From NCBI GenBank assembly GCA_017547755.1, contig JAFYOX010000117.1:7684-71683 (forward strand): DNA of 64,000 bases. Direction: 5' to 3'. The notes beneath the pieces are model-generated. The model had not been told where the DNA came from, did not search any database, and was given only the letters and a program-made list of their open reading frames with translations. Of the stretch, positions 18,650 to 28,196 are shown piece by piece (the stretch's first letter is position 1; every line of letters begins with the position of its first letter). This stretch comes from Clostridia bacterium. GTDB taxonomy: Bacteria > Bacillota > Clostridia > Oscillospirales > CAG-272. The translations under genes were made by a program, and so were the position numbers.

Positions 18650-18701
18650 GTTTTTGAAATGGGGTTCGGGGAAAAACTTTTTGAAAAAAAGTTTTTCCCC
18701 G
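18650..18701 (+). repeat. REP-like palindromic element, copy 4
   Basis: GTTTTTGAAATGGGGTTCGGGGAAAAACTTTTTGAAAAAAAGTTTTTCCCCG lies 15 nt downstream of the ABC gene stop (18717), between convergent genes. Confidence 0.8.
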
Positions 18702-18716
18702 AAAAAATATATTTTC

Positions 18717-20699
18717 TTACGTTTCGATACCGGCGAACTGGTTCTGATAGAGACCGTAGTAGACGCCCTTCTGCGCGAGAAGTTCGTCGTGGCTGCCGGA
18801 TTCCATGACGGTGCCGTCCTTCATTACGATGATGATGTCGGCGTCACGGATGGTCGAGAGACGGTGCGCGATGATCAGGCTGGTACGGTTCTTCATCAGA
18901 GCCACCATTGCCTGCTGGATGTGCATTTCCGTACGGGTGTCGACCGAAGAGGTTGCTTCGTCGAGAATGAGGATCTTCGGATCGGCGAGAACGGCGCGGG
19001 CGATGGACAGAAGCTGACGCTGACCCTGGCTGAGGTTGCTGCCGCCTTCCGTGAGAATCGTTTCGTAGCCTTCCGGCAGACGTTCGATGAAGTCGTCCGA
19101 TTCGGAGGTAGCCGCTGCCTTGCGGATATCTTCATCCGTGGCATCGAGTTCACCGTAGCGGATGTTGTTGCCGATGGTGTCGTGGAACAGGACGGTGTCC
19201 TGAAGAACGATCGCGATCGCACTGCGAAGGGTCTTCTTCGGGATGTCGTTGATGTTTACGCCGTCGATCCTGATCTCGCCGGAGTCAACATCGTAGAAAC
19301 GTGTCAGCAGATTGACGACGGTGGTCTTGCCGGAACCGGTTGCGCCGACGAGCGCGATCTTCTGACCCTGCTTTACCTTCAGATTGAAGTCGTGCAGAAC
19401 CTGCTTGCCCGGATTGTAGGAGAAGTTGATGTTGTTGAATTCGATATCCCCGCGGATGTCTTCCACCTTCATGTCGGACTTGCCTTCGTCGATTTCGTCC
19501 GGCGTGTCGAGGATCGTGAAGACACGTTCCGCACCGGCGATCGCGGTCAGAATGCTTGCATACTGGTTTGCGATCTGGTTGATCGGCATCGAAAGCTGAC
19601 GGGAATACTGGAGGATCGCCTGGACGTCACCGACGGAAATTGCGCCGATCGCCGTGAAATACGCGCCGGTTGCCGCAACGATGAGGTAGTTCAGGTTGTT
19701 GATGATGTTGTTCGCGGGACCCATGAGACCGCCCCAGACGTTCGCGCGGATGCTGCACTTGCGGAATTCTTCGCTGATCTTTGCGAATTCTTCACAGGCA
19801 TCCTTTTCCTTGCCGTACGCGATGACGGTCTTGTAGCCGGTGACCATTTCTTCCACCTGCGCGTTCATCTGACCGAGAAGAACCTGCTTTTCAACGAAAT
19901 ATTTCCGCATGAACTTCGAAAGATTCGTCGAAACCAGAATGGTCAGCGGGATGGTGATGAGAGAAATGAATGCCATGCGCCAGTCGTAATAGAGAAGCAT
20001 GGAGAACGCACCGATGAGGGTCAGCGCGGCGGAGATCAGCGAGGAGATGGACGAAGACAGGGTCATGGAGATGTTGTCGACGTCGTTGGTCATGCGGCTC
20101 ATGATGTCACCGTGCGCGTGGGTGTCGGTGTAGCCGATCGGGAGATAGGAGATCTTGCGGAAGAGGTCGGAACGCATCGTGTAGACCGTCGTCTGCGTGA
20201 TCTTCGCGGAAGCAATGCCCTGAAGAAGCTGGATCGCCGCACTTGCGAGGTATACGAGCATCATCAGCATGAGCACGCGGATCAGCGTTTCGAAATCGAC
20301 GGAAACCTTGCCTTCGGTGAGGGTGATCGCGTCGATCGCACGGCCCTGAAGACTCGGACCGAGCAGGTTCAGGAAGGTGGACAGGATCGTCGTACCGATG
20401 ATGGTGAAGACGAGGTACTTGCTCTTGCCGATGTATTTGATGAGTTTGAAGAGGGTCTTCTTGGCGTCCTTCGGTTTTTCGCGGATCATCGGACCGCCCA
20501 TCGGGCCGCGTCCCTGCTGGGGAGTACCGTTTTTCTTCATGACGGCGCGGAGTTCATCCGCCGTCATTTCCTTCTTCTGACCGGGCTGACCGGGTTTTCC
20601 GCCGGGCATCGTACCGGGCGGCGGAGGCATTCCGCCGGGAACTTTTCCGTTCGGGGGCGGCGGCATCTGTCTGCCGTTCATATTCGGTTCCTTGTTCAT
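18717..20699 (-). CDS. ABC exporter, fused permease/ATPase (heterodimer partner 2) with Pro/Gly-rich N-terminal extension
   Basis: 660 aa with Walker A GATGSGKTT, signature LSQGQRQ and Walker B ILILDEATS. There are six TM spans. The first ~75 aa are P/G/K-rich (PPPPNGKVPGGMPPPPGTMPGGKPGQPGQ). Confidence 0.9.
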   Translation of the reverse strand: MNKEPNMNGRQMPPPPNGKVPGGMPPPPGTMPGGKPGQPGQKKEMTADELRAVMKKNGTPQQGRGPMGGPMIREKPKDAKKTLFKLIKYIGKSKYLVFTIIGTTILSTFLNLLGPSLQGRAIDAITLTEGKVSVDFETLIRVLMLMMLVYLASAAIQLLQGIASAKITQTTVYTMRSDLFRKISYLPIGYTDTHAHGDIMSRMTNDVDNISMTLSSSISSLISAALTLIGAFSMLLYYDWRMAFISLITIPLTILVSTNLSKFMRKYFVEKQVLLGQMNAQVEEMVTGYKTVIAYGKEKDACEEFAKISEEFRKCSIRANVWGGLMGPANNIINNLNYLIVAATGAYFTAIGAISVGDVQAILQYSRQLSMPINQIANQYASILTAIAGAERVFTILDTPDEIDEGKSDMKVEDIRGDIEFNNINFSYNPGKQVLHDFNLKVKQGQKIALVGATGSGKTTVVNLLTRFYDVDSGEIRIDGVNINDIPKKTLRSAIAIVLQDTVLFHDTIGNNIRYGELDATDEDIRKAAATSESDDFIERLPEGYETILTEGGSNLSQGQRQLLSIARAVLADPKILILDEATSSVDTRTEMHIQQAMVALMKNRTSLIIAHRLSTIRDADIIIVMKDGTVMESGSHDELLAQKGVYYGLYQNQFAGIET

Positions 20700-22444
20700 T
20701 CTGCGTCACCTCCGTTGTTTTTCATCTGGGAACTGTAGATATCGCGGTAGGTTGCGCTCGTCTTCATGAGGTTGTCGTGATTGTCGAACGCGGTGATCTT
20801 TCCGTTTTCGATGACGGCGATGCGGTCGGCGTGCATGACGCTGGCGATACGCTGTGCGATCATGAGGATGGTCGTGCCTTCGAATTCGGTGTTGAGGGAG
20901 CTGCGGAGCTTGGCTTCGGTGCCGAGGTCAAGCGCGGAGGTGCTGTCGTCGAAGATCAGGATCTCGGGACGGCGGAGAACCGCACGGGAGATCGCAACAC
21001 GCTGCTTCTGACCGCCGGAAAGGGAAGCACCCTTTTCGGCAACGTAGGAGGTGTAGCCTTCTTCCATGTGGGAGATAAATTCATCGGCCTGTGCCACTTT
21101 GGCGGCCGTGATGATTTCTTCCTGCGTTGCGTCGGGTTTGCCCCAGTTGATGTTTTCGTTGACCGTACCGGAGAACAGTTCGCTCTTCTGGAGAACGAAG
21201 CCGATCTTCGAGCGGAGTTCGTGGAGATCCCATTCGCGGACATCCACGCCGTCGACATAGACGGTGCCGCCGATGGCGTCATAGAAACGCGGGATGAGGT
21301 TGACGAGCGAGGATTTGCCGGAACCGGTCGCACCGATGATGGCAACGGTCTCGCCCTTCTTTACTTCAAAGGAAATGCCGTCGAGGACGTTGTTGCCGCC
21401 CGCACCCGGGTACTTGAAGGATACGTTTTCGAAGCGTACGGTACCGGTTTCCGCAGAAGAAGTGGTGCTGCCGGAAACGATGGTCGGATCGGCTTCCAGG
21501 AGTTCGCGTACGCGGTCGCCGCTGGCTTTACCGCGCGCGATCTGGTTGAACATCATGGATACCATCATGATGGAGCTGAGTACCTGCGAGATGTACTGTA
21601 CCGCCGCCATGACGTCGCCGACGTTGATGCGCTGTGCTTCCACCTGCAGACCGCCGACGTAGATGATCGCAAGAACGGAAGCGTTCATGATGATGGAGAG
21701 GACCGGCCAGATGCAGGACATCAGGATCTGTACGGAGAGGTTGGTCTTCTGATAGTCGGCATTTGCTTCGCCGAAGCGTTCGATTTCGTGGGGTTCGCGG
21801 GTGTACGCCTTGACAACGCGCGCACCGGTGACGCTTTCCTGTACCACGGAGTTCACACGGTCGAGCTTTTTCTGCACGATGGAGAACTTCGGGAATGCCT
21901 TCAGCACCATGAACAGGACAACGGCAAGCTGGAAGGGGAAGGAGATCGCCACAACGTACCCGAAGGAAACGTCGAGGGTCAGACACATCGTCAGACCGCC
22001 GATCATGAAGATGGGCGCACGGACGAACATACGGAGGATCATCTGTACGAGATCCTGCAGGGCGGTGATGTCGTTTGTCAGACGGGTGACAAGGGAACCG
22101 GTCGTGAATTTGTCGGTCTGTTCCAGAGAGAGGGACATGACCTTGTTGAATGCGTCGATACGGACGTCGCTGCCAAAGCCCTGGGAAGCGATGCTGGCGG
22201 TGTAGCAGCACATCAGACCCATGAAGCCGCCGACGGCGACGAGTCCGAGCATCTGCAGACAGGTGGAGAGAATGGTGCTCATGACGACGGAGATTTCACC
22301 GCTTTCGACAACGGTGTTGACGATTTTGGACATGAGCTTGGGCTGCATGAGGTCGACGATGACTTCGCCGGCCATGAACAGCGGGGAAATGATAACGAAG
22401 AACCAGTATTTTTTCAGGTAGCTTCGGAGTTTGACCTTATTCAA
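20696..22444 (-). CDS. ABC exporter, fused permease/ATPase (heterodimer partner 1)
   Basis: 582 aa with Walker A GATGSGKSS, signature LSGGQKQR and Walker B ILIFDDSTS. It overlaps the downstream partner by 4 nt. Confidence 0.9.
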   Translation of the reverse strand: MNKVKLRSYLKKYWFFVIISPLFMAGEVIVDLMQPKLMSKIVNTVVESGEISVVMSTILSTCLQMLGLVAVGGFMGLMCCYTASIASQGFGSDVRIDAFNKVMSLSLEQTDKFTTGSLVTRLTNDITALQDLVQMILRMFVRAPIFMIGGLTMCLTLDVSFGYVVAISFPFQLAVVLFMVLKAFPKFSIVQKKLDRVNSVVQESVTGARVVKAYTREPHEIERFGEANADYQKTNLSVQILMSCIWPVLSIIMNASVLAIIYVGGLQVEAQRINVGDVMAAVQYISQVLSSIMMVSMMFNQIARGKASGDRVRELLEADPTIVSGSTTSSAETGTVRFENVSFKYPGAGGNNVLDGISFEVKKGETVAIIGATGSGKSSLVNLIPRFYDAIGGTVYVDGVDVREWDLHELRSKIGFVLQKSELFSGTVNENINWGKPDATQEEIITAAKVAQADEFISHMEEGYTSYVAEKGASLSGGQKQRVAISRAVLRRPEILIFDDSTSALDLGTEAKLRSSLNTEFEGTTILMIAQRIASVMHADRIAVIENGKITAFDNHDNLMKTSATYRDIYSSQMKNNGGDAE

Positions 22445-22944
22445 TATAAGTCACCTTCCTTTTCGGATTCTTCCGTAAGATTGTTTTTGATTTTTGTGAG
22501 CAGACGCATGAGGGTTTCACATTCGGAATCGGTGAGATTCTTCATTGCCTCGTTCTCTTCCTCGTGGATCCGCTTACGGATCTTGTTGTCGAGTTCGCGT
22601 CCTTTTTCGGTCAGAAAAACGCGTGTTGCGCGCAGATCGTATTCGTCCGGACGGCGGGATACATAGCCTTCCTTTTCGAGCTTCTGCAGAGCAACACTGA
22701 TGGTCGGTGCCTTAAGATGCGTCGCATGGACGAGATCCAGCTGTGTTCTGCCGTCTCTGCGTGCCAGTTCGATCAGAAGAAGACGTCCCGATTTCTGTCC
22801 GATCGGGTGTTCTTCGCCGTTCGAACGGATCTTGTTGCCCATCATCCGGGTGATGTCGCTGATGAGCTGCATCGGGGTTTTCCGGTGATCCGCGAACGCA
22901 TCGTCGGTTTCCGGTGCTTTTCCGTTGAGACCTAAATTCTGCAT
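22441..22944 (-). CDS. MarR family transcriptional regulator
   Basis: 167 aa with a winged-HTH region QLDLVHATHLKAPTISVALQKLEKEGYVSRRPD. It overlaps the ABC gene by 4 nt. Confidence 0.8.
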   Translation of the reverse strand: MQNLGLNGKAPETDDAFADHRKTPMQLISDITRMMGNKIRSNGEEHPIGQKSGRLLLIELARRDGRTQLDLVHATHLKAPTISVALQKLEKEGYVSRRPDEYDLRATRVFLTEKGRELDNKIRKRIHEEENEAMKNLTDSECETLMRLLTKIKNNLTEESEKEGDLY

Positions 22945-22963
22945 GCCTTTTTATCCTTTCCTG

Positions 22964-22994
22964 TTAGTTTAATAATAAATTATTTTGAAACTAA
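22964..22994. promoter_or_regulatory. Inverted repeat TTAGTTT-N17-AAACTAA, candidate MarR operator
   Basis: It lies about 20 nt upstream of the marR ATG in an AT-rich leader. Confidence 0.4.
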
Positions 22995-23111
22995 TTATAA
23001 CACAGGAATTTTATAAAATCAACAACGGTTTAGTACATAAAACATATTGGTGGAATATACATATTGCGTGAATTATAAAGGATATTATATATATAAAATG
23101 TGAAAAAACAG

Positions 23112-23143
23112 AAAAAGGAGTGATGCGGGGATCACTCCTTTTT
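23112..23143 (-). terminator. Intrinsic terminator after the SpoIID-domain gene
   Basis: AAAAAGGAGTGATgcggggATCACTCCTTTTT with T-runs on both sides. Confidence 0.7.
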
Positions 23144-23148
23144 GGAAT

Positions 23149-25224
23149 TTACTGAAAATCTTCGTAATCGAGGATTTCAACATCGGTGAAGTAGGAATAC
23201 AGTATTTCTTCTGCGGAATAGCCGAGGTCGGCGAGGTCACGCGCACCGTACTGGCTGATGCCGACGCCGTGGCCCCATCCCTTGCCGACGAAAATGAAGT
23301 TGTCTTCATCTTCGGCATAAGCGATTTTGTAGACGGTATCGTCGTCGGATTTTTCTTCAACCACTTTGGTGTTTGTACGTTCTTCCTTTTTCTCTTCTTC
23401 CACGGGATCGGCGTAGATCTTGTATTCATCGCCGAGGAACGCGTAGGCGTTCTGCTTCGACATGACAAAGAAGTCGATTTTATCGTACAGGACGCTTCCG
23501 TCTCCGGTGACAATGTTTGTCCAGAGGGAGGTGTGGTGACGGTCGATGTCGTCGGCGGTGATGACATAACAGCCGTCAACGTCGGTGTAGCCGGATTCGA
23601 TGCCGTCGGAGTAGCCGCCGATGGATTCGGCTTCTTCCTCCGGAATTTCTTCCGGTTCATCTTCCGGGGCATAATCATCGTCGATAATTACGTTTTCGGT
23701 GTATTCCACGCTGCCCAGTCCGACCACGAAGTTGGCGCTCTTGACATAGGGAGTCAGTGCGATGCGCACATTGTCCGTATTTTCAACGGTAACGGTGTTG
23801 CCGTGAATGTCCGTGAACCGCAGCTTTTTGACGTAGGTGGAATTTTCGGCAAGCTCCAGGATCTCCACATCCTCGATGGCGTCTTCCAGAGATATGTACC
23901 CCTTCTGATTGAGACGGTCACAGAGAGCGGACGGGGAAACTTCGTACGTCCAGAAGCCGTTGTTGTGTGTCATATAACGTTCCCACGGGGTTTCCACTGC
24001 CTTCAGATAAGGATGCTTGTTATCTCCCCATGCGTCCTCCGCACTGACGGTCACGCCGCCGACACTGGAGGAATAGTAGGCATTGACGATTTCATCCCCG
24101 TATACGAGGATTTTTCCGGCGGTTCCGAGAACAGCATTCAGAACACGCTGATTGACTTCCTTCATTCCCTTGTAAACCTGACAGTCCACGGTATTGCAGA
24201 GATCGAAACCATAGCGGTCCATATGCTTGTTCAGGTGGGAGAGAGTGTAGGAACGAACTGTAATGGCGAAAGCTTTCAGCGTTTCGAGCGGCCAGGAAGC
24301 GGACGTTTCGTAGGGAAGGACACCCGCGATGTACGATTCCAGAGGCAGGATATTCACAAGCTGTACGCCTTCGACATCACCGTTGTCATAGCGCTTGAAG
24401 CAGAATACGCCGTCGTAGATGTTGCCGGCGGGAGTGGACATATAGGTATTGCCGTTTCTGTCCTCGTGTGCGGTCAGACCGAGTTCAAGTTCTGCGCCGC
24501 AGTCAAATTCGAACAGAATTTCCGCACGGTCGGGATCGATCACGGATACCGCCGTTTTGCTCGGACCGACGACTTCCACATCCATGCGGCGGAAAACGTC
24601 TTCCGTATCTTCCAGCATTTCTTCCGCGTCGTCTTCGGAGGCAAACGCACCGACGCGCAGGGTGTATTCAAAATCAATATAGGAAGGGATCAGGCAGAGC
24701 CCGAGGTCTTCCAGTTCGTCTTCCGAGTCGTCGATCAGCTCTTCCAGTTCCTCGCGGTCGTATCCGCTGCAGTCGACCTGAAGATGCCAGCCGCCGATGT
24801 CGGTGTTTTTCTTTTTGGATGCGAGAACGTAGTTACCGGAGGATTCTTCCAGATTATCGTCCACGGTGCAGGCGATGTACTGTTCGGAGAGACCCCAGAG
24901 TTCTTTGAAGTCCCGGTCTTCCGTCAGCTGCTGGGTACCGACCGTATAGCCTTCGTCGGACCAGACGCCGAAACTTTTGGTCAGGCTGGAACCGTAGTTG
25001 AGACCGACACTAATCAGAACATCCCCGCTGTTTTTGAGCGAGGATGTGTCAAGAGCTTCGGCTGTAACGGTTTCTGCCGCACCGACGGATGATGTAAGAA
25101 CGTAGATGGTGTAGTATGCCATACCGGTAACCATCAGGATCGCCATGATGAGCGCGATGATGCGCACCATCAGTTTTTTGCGTTCTTCGCGGGTGCGGGG
25201 CTTTTTCATATTATCCTTCGACAA
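23149..25224 (-). CDS. SpoIID/LytB-domain protein (lytic transglycosylase / amidase-enhancer type) with long N-terminal extension
   Basis: 691 aa with an N-terminal TM span. SpoIID-type motifs are YIAGVLPYETSASWPLETLKAFAITVRSYTL, CNTVDCQVYKG, YYSSSVGGVT and GKGWGHGVGISQYGA. Confidence 0.75.
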   Translation of the reverse strand: MSKDNMKKPRTREERKKLMVRIIALIMAILMVTGMAYYTIYVLTSSVGAAETVTAEALDTSSLKNSGDVLISVGLNYGSSLTKSFGVWSDEGYTVGTQQLTEDRDFKELWGLSEQYIACTVDDNLEESSGNYVLASKKKNTDIGGWHLQVDCSGYDREELEELIDDSEDELEDLGLCLIPSYIDFEYTLRVGAFASEDDAEEMLEDTEDVFRRMDVEVVGPSKTAVSVIDPDRAEILFEFDCGAELELGLTAHEDRNGNTYMSTPAGNIYDGVFCFKRYDNGDVEGVQLVNILPLESYIAGVLPYETSASWPLETLKAFAITVRSYTLSHLNKHMDRYGFDLCNTVDCQVYKGMKEVNQRVLNAVLGTAGKILVYGDEIVNAYYSSSVGGVTVSAEDAWGDNKHPYLKAVETPWERYMTHNNGFWTYEVSPSALCDRLNQKGYISLEDAIEDVEILELAENSTYVKKLRFTDIHGNTVTVENTDNVRIALTPYVKSANFVVGLGSVEYTENVIIDDDYAPEDEPEEIPEEEAESIGGYSDGIESGYTDVDGCYVITADDIDRHHTSLWTNIVTGDGSVLYDKIDFFVMSKQNAYAFLGDEYKIYADPVEEEKKEERTNTKVVEEKSDDDTVYKIAYAEDEDNFIFVGKGWGHGVGISQYGARDLADLGYSAEEILYSYFTDVEILDYEDFQ

Positions 25225-25765
25225 TGGTATAGTCCCCCCTTACCATGATGAACACCACAGGGGCGTCCGCAATAATTCCACGGCCGTCTCCGCGCGGGAT
25301 CAGGCACATATGATTCTTTGTAAGATACTGATAATTGTAGATTTCTGCGCCGGAGGTGTAGTCTGCAATGCCCTGCGAAGGATCGGGAGCCACACAGTAG
25401 GCACTTCCGGAACGGAGCATGATGTCGCAGGCTCCAGCCGCATAGAGAGCGTCCCCCCAGCTGAGTTCCACAACTTCGTAGGTATAAGCAGAGGAAGAAA
25501 CCGGTGCCGGTTCTTCTTTTTCCGCTTCCTGCGGAGGCTGATAGGTCTGATACTGGGAAAGATCGAGATTTTCAAATCTGCGGTCGAGTTCGTTATCGAT
25601 GGTTTCGTTCAGTTCCTCAAGAAGTTCGGTTTTGAAAATTCTGGTGAGGTAGGAGAGCGAAACGAGCGGGTCTTCCGAACTGTCGTATGCCGCGGCGGCA
25701 GTCACGCCGAATGCGGCAAGGGAAGCAAGAACGATCGCCGTGATTTTCAGAATTTTGGGTTTCAA
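25211..25765 (-). CDS. Secreted hypothetical protein
   Basis: 184 aa with signal-like MKPKILKITAIVLASLAAFGVTAAAA. It overlaps the SpoIID-domain gene by 14 nt. I recognise no family. Confidence 0.55.
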   Translation of the reverse strand: MKPKILKITAIVLASLAAFGVTAAAAYDSSEDPLVSLSYLTRIFKTELLEELNETIDNELDRRFENLDLSQYQTYQPPQEAEKEEPAPVSSSAYTYEVVELSWGDALYAAGACDIMLRSGSAYCVAPDPSQGIADYTSGAEIYNYQYLTKNHMCLIPRGDGRGIIADAPVVFIMVRGDYTIVEG

Positions 25766-25803
25766 AAAAAGATTCCGCCTTTCGGAAAAGTTGGATATGG
25801 TAC

Positions 25804-25832
25804 ATTATACAACATTTCCGCATGAATTGCAA
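25804..25832 (-). promoter_or_regulatory. Sigma-70-type promoter TTGCAA-17-TATAAT (extended TG) for the 25765-23149 operon
   Basis: Reverse complement reads TTGCAA ttcatgcggaaatgttg TATAAT. It overlaps the 3' arm of a 14-bp-stem hairpin (25814-25867) that follows the parC-like stop. Confidence 0.5.
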
Positions 25833-25881
25833 GACCCTTGACGAGGAAACGTGAATTCATGCGGAAACAATCTCCGGAAAA

Positions 25882-28083
25882 TCAGAGCATGGTGTTGATG
25901 GTGATGCCGGTTGCAGGGATTTTCAGCTTCCGGCACTTTGCAGCTTTTTCCATATCGATGGCGTCTCCGGCAAGTACGGACGTGACCGAAGTGCCGTCTT
26001 TCATGGTAAAGAGAATGGAGCCGGCGGAGGTACGGGTCGATTTCTGCGGAATGAGCGAGGAATTGATGAGGATCGCTCTGCCCATGCTGTTTTCGATCAG
26101 AATATCCATCGGTTCGTGTTCGAACAGGACGGCTGCGATCGGAGAAGCGTCGGAGAATGCACCGGTCAGGCGGCGGCGGTTGGTCTTGGTTTCGTATGCG
26201 GATGCAGGGATCTTTACCCCCTTGCCGTTTTCGAAAATGAAGATGAAATTGTCCGCCGGATCATACTCCGTGATCGCTTTCATCATGATCGGACGTTCGT
26301 CTTCCTCAAAGCCGAGCTTGGCGGCAATGAAGTCGCCGAGCGCCGAGGCTTTCACGGGATCGATGTCCGATGCACGGCACTTGTATACCTGCGCGCGGTC
26401 AGTGAAGAAAATCAGTTCCGAGCGGTTTTCCGCTTCTTCGGAAGCGATGATCTCGTCGCCGTCCTTCATTTTCTGTTCGTCTGCGCGGATGATCGACTGA
26501 CGGGTGATCTTCTTGAAATAGCCTTCTTTGGTGAGGACGACGAAAATCGGATAATTTTCGATTTCCTCTTCACCGGAGTCTTCATCGATGTCATCCGGGG
26601 TAATGATCTGCGTTCTGCGCGGCTGACCGTATTTCTTCTTGATCGCCGCCAGCTGCTTTGCAATGATCGCCTTGATCTTGATGTCGTCGGCGATGATATC
26701 TTCGAGTTCGGCGATTTCCTTCTGCAGATCCTCGATTTCGCGGATGCGGTCAAGGATATATTCGCGGTTGAGGTGGCGCAGCTTGATTTCGGCGATGTAG
26801 TCCGCCTGGATCTCGTCGAGTCCGAAGCCTTCCATCAGACGCGGCACGACGTCGGATTCCTTTTCCGTTTCACGGACGATCTTCACGGCCTTGTCGATGT
26901 CGATCAGGATCTTTCCGAGCCCGCGCAGGAGATGCAGTTTGTCCTTTTTCTTCGCCAGTTCGTAGGTCAGCTCTCTGCGGACGCATCCGAGACGGAATTT
27001 GATCCATTCGATCAGAATGTCGCGTACCCCGAGCTGGAACGGACGGCCTTCGATCAGAACGGTGAAATTGCAGGAGAAGCTGTCTTCCAAAGTGGTCATG
27101 CGGTACAGCTTGTTCATCAGGGCGTCTGCGTCCGTGCCGCGCTTGATATCGAGCGTCAGCTTGAAGCCGGACAGGTCGATTTCGTCGCGCGCGTCGGAAA
27201 TTTCCTTGAATTTTCCTTCTTTGATAAGATCGACGATCCGCTTGAGAATGAGGTCGCTGGAGGTCGAATAGGGGATCTGCGTGATCTCGATGATCCCCTT
27301 GGTCTTGTCGTAATTGTAGCGCGAACGCATCTTGAAGCTGCCCGTACCGGTGTCGAAGATCTGCTTCATCTGATCGCGGTCATAGATCAGATTGGCGCCG
27401 CCCGGGAAGTCGGGAGCCTTGATGAGCTCCATCAGCTTGTCGGTGGTCGTGTTCGGATTTTTCAGCAGAGCGATGGTGCCGTCGCAGATTTCCGCCAGAT
27501 TGAACGAGCAGATCTGTGATGCCATACCGACCGCGATGCCCGTATTCGGACAGACGAGGATGTTCGGGAACGATGTCGGCAGAAGCGCGGGTTCGAGCAT
27601 GGTATTGTCGTAGTTCGGTACCATGTCTACGGCGTCCTTGTCGATGCCGCCGAAGAGTTCCGCGCAGAAGGGATCAAGCTTGACTTCGGTATAACGGGCG
27701 GCGGCGTATGCGTCGCGGCTGTAATGCTTGCCGAAGCTGCCCTTGGAGTCGATGAACGGGTGGAGAAGGGCTTCGTGGTCACGGGTCAGACGTACCATGG
27801 TCTCGTAAATCGCCGCGTCGCCGTGCGGGTTGAGACGCATGGTCTGCCCGACGACGTTCGCACTCTTGGTACGTGCGCCGGTCATCAGCCCCATTTTGTA
27901 CATCGTGTAGAGCAGTTTCCGGTGGGACGGCTTCAGACCGTCGATCTCCGGAATGGCGCGCGACACGATGACGCTCATCGCATAGGGCATGAAATTCTTT
28001 TCAATGGTGTCGGTAATATGCTGGTCTTTGATATCCGCAATTTTCGTGATTTCAGGTGTATTTTCAGTTTTCTTTCTCGCCAT
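25882..28083 (-). CDS. Type IIA topoisomerase subunit A (ParC/GyrA-like)
   Basis: 733 aa with PYAMSVIVSRAIPEIDGLKPSHRKLLYTMY and the catalytic-Tyr context AAARYTEV. Confidence 0.85.
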   Translation of the reverse strand: MARKKTENTPEITKIADIKDQHITDTIEKNFMPYAMSVIVSRAIPEIDGLKPSHRKLLYTMYKMGLMTGARTKSANVVGQTMRLNPHGDAAIYETMVRLTRDHEALLHPFIDSKGSFGKHYSRDAYAAARYTEVKLDPFCAELFGGIDKDAVDMVPNYDNTMLEPALLPTSFPNILVCPNTGIAVGMASQICSFNLAEICDGTIALLKNPNTTTDKLMELIKAPDFPGGANLIYDRDQMKQIFDTGTGSFKMRSRYNYDKTKGIIEITQIPYSTSSDLILKRIVDLIKEGKFKEISDARDEIDLSGFKLTLDIKRGTDADALMNKLYRMTTLEDSFSCNFTVLIEGRPFQLGVRDILIEWIKFRLGCVRRELTYELAKKKDKLHLLRGLGKILIDIDKAVKIVRETEKESDVVPRLMEGFGLDEIQADYIAEIKLRHLNREYILDRIREIEDLQKEIAELEDIIADDIKIKAIIAKQLAAIKKKYGQPRRTQIITPDDIDEDSGEEEIENYPIFVVLTKEGYFKKITRQSIIRADEQKMKDGDEIIASEEAENRSELIFFTDRAQVYKCRASDIDPVKASALGDFIAAKLGFEEDERPIMMKAITEYDPADNFIFIFENGKGVKIPASAYETKTNRRRLTGAFSDASPIAAVLFEHEPMDILIENSMGRAILINSSLIPQKSTRTSAGSILFTMKDGTSVTSVLAGDAIDMEKAAKCRKLKIPATGITINTML

Positions 28084-28136
28084 TGTTACAATAACTCTTT
28101 AATAAATAGATTGAAGGTTTCTTTATACAGCTTGAA

Positions 28137-28189
28137 GTTTTTTGGAAGGGGGTTGGGGAAACCTTTTTCGAAAAAAAGGTTTCCTCAAG
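28137..28189 (+). repeat. REP-like palindromic element, copy 5 (most diverged)
   Basis: GTTTTTTGGAAGGGGGTTGGGGAAACCTTTTTCGAAAAAAAGGTTTCCTCAAG lies 7 nt downstream of the GH125 stop. Confidence 0.7.
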
Positions 28190-28196
28190 AAAAAAA

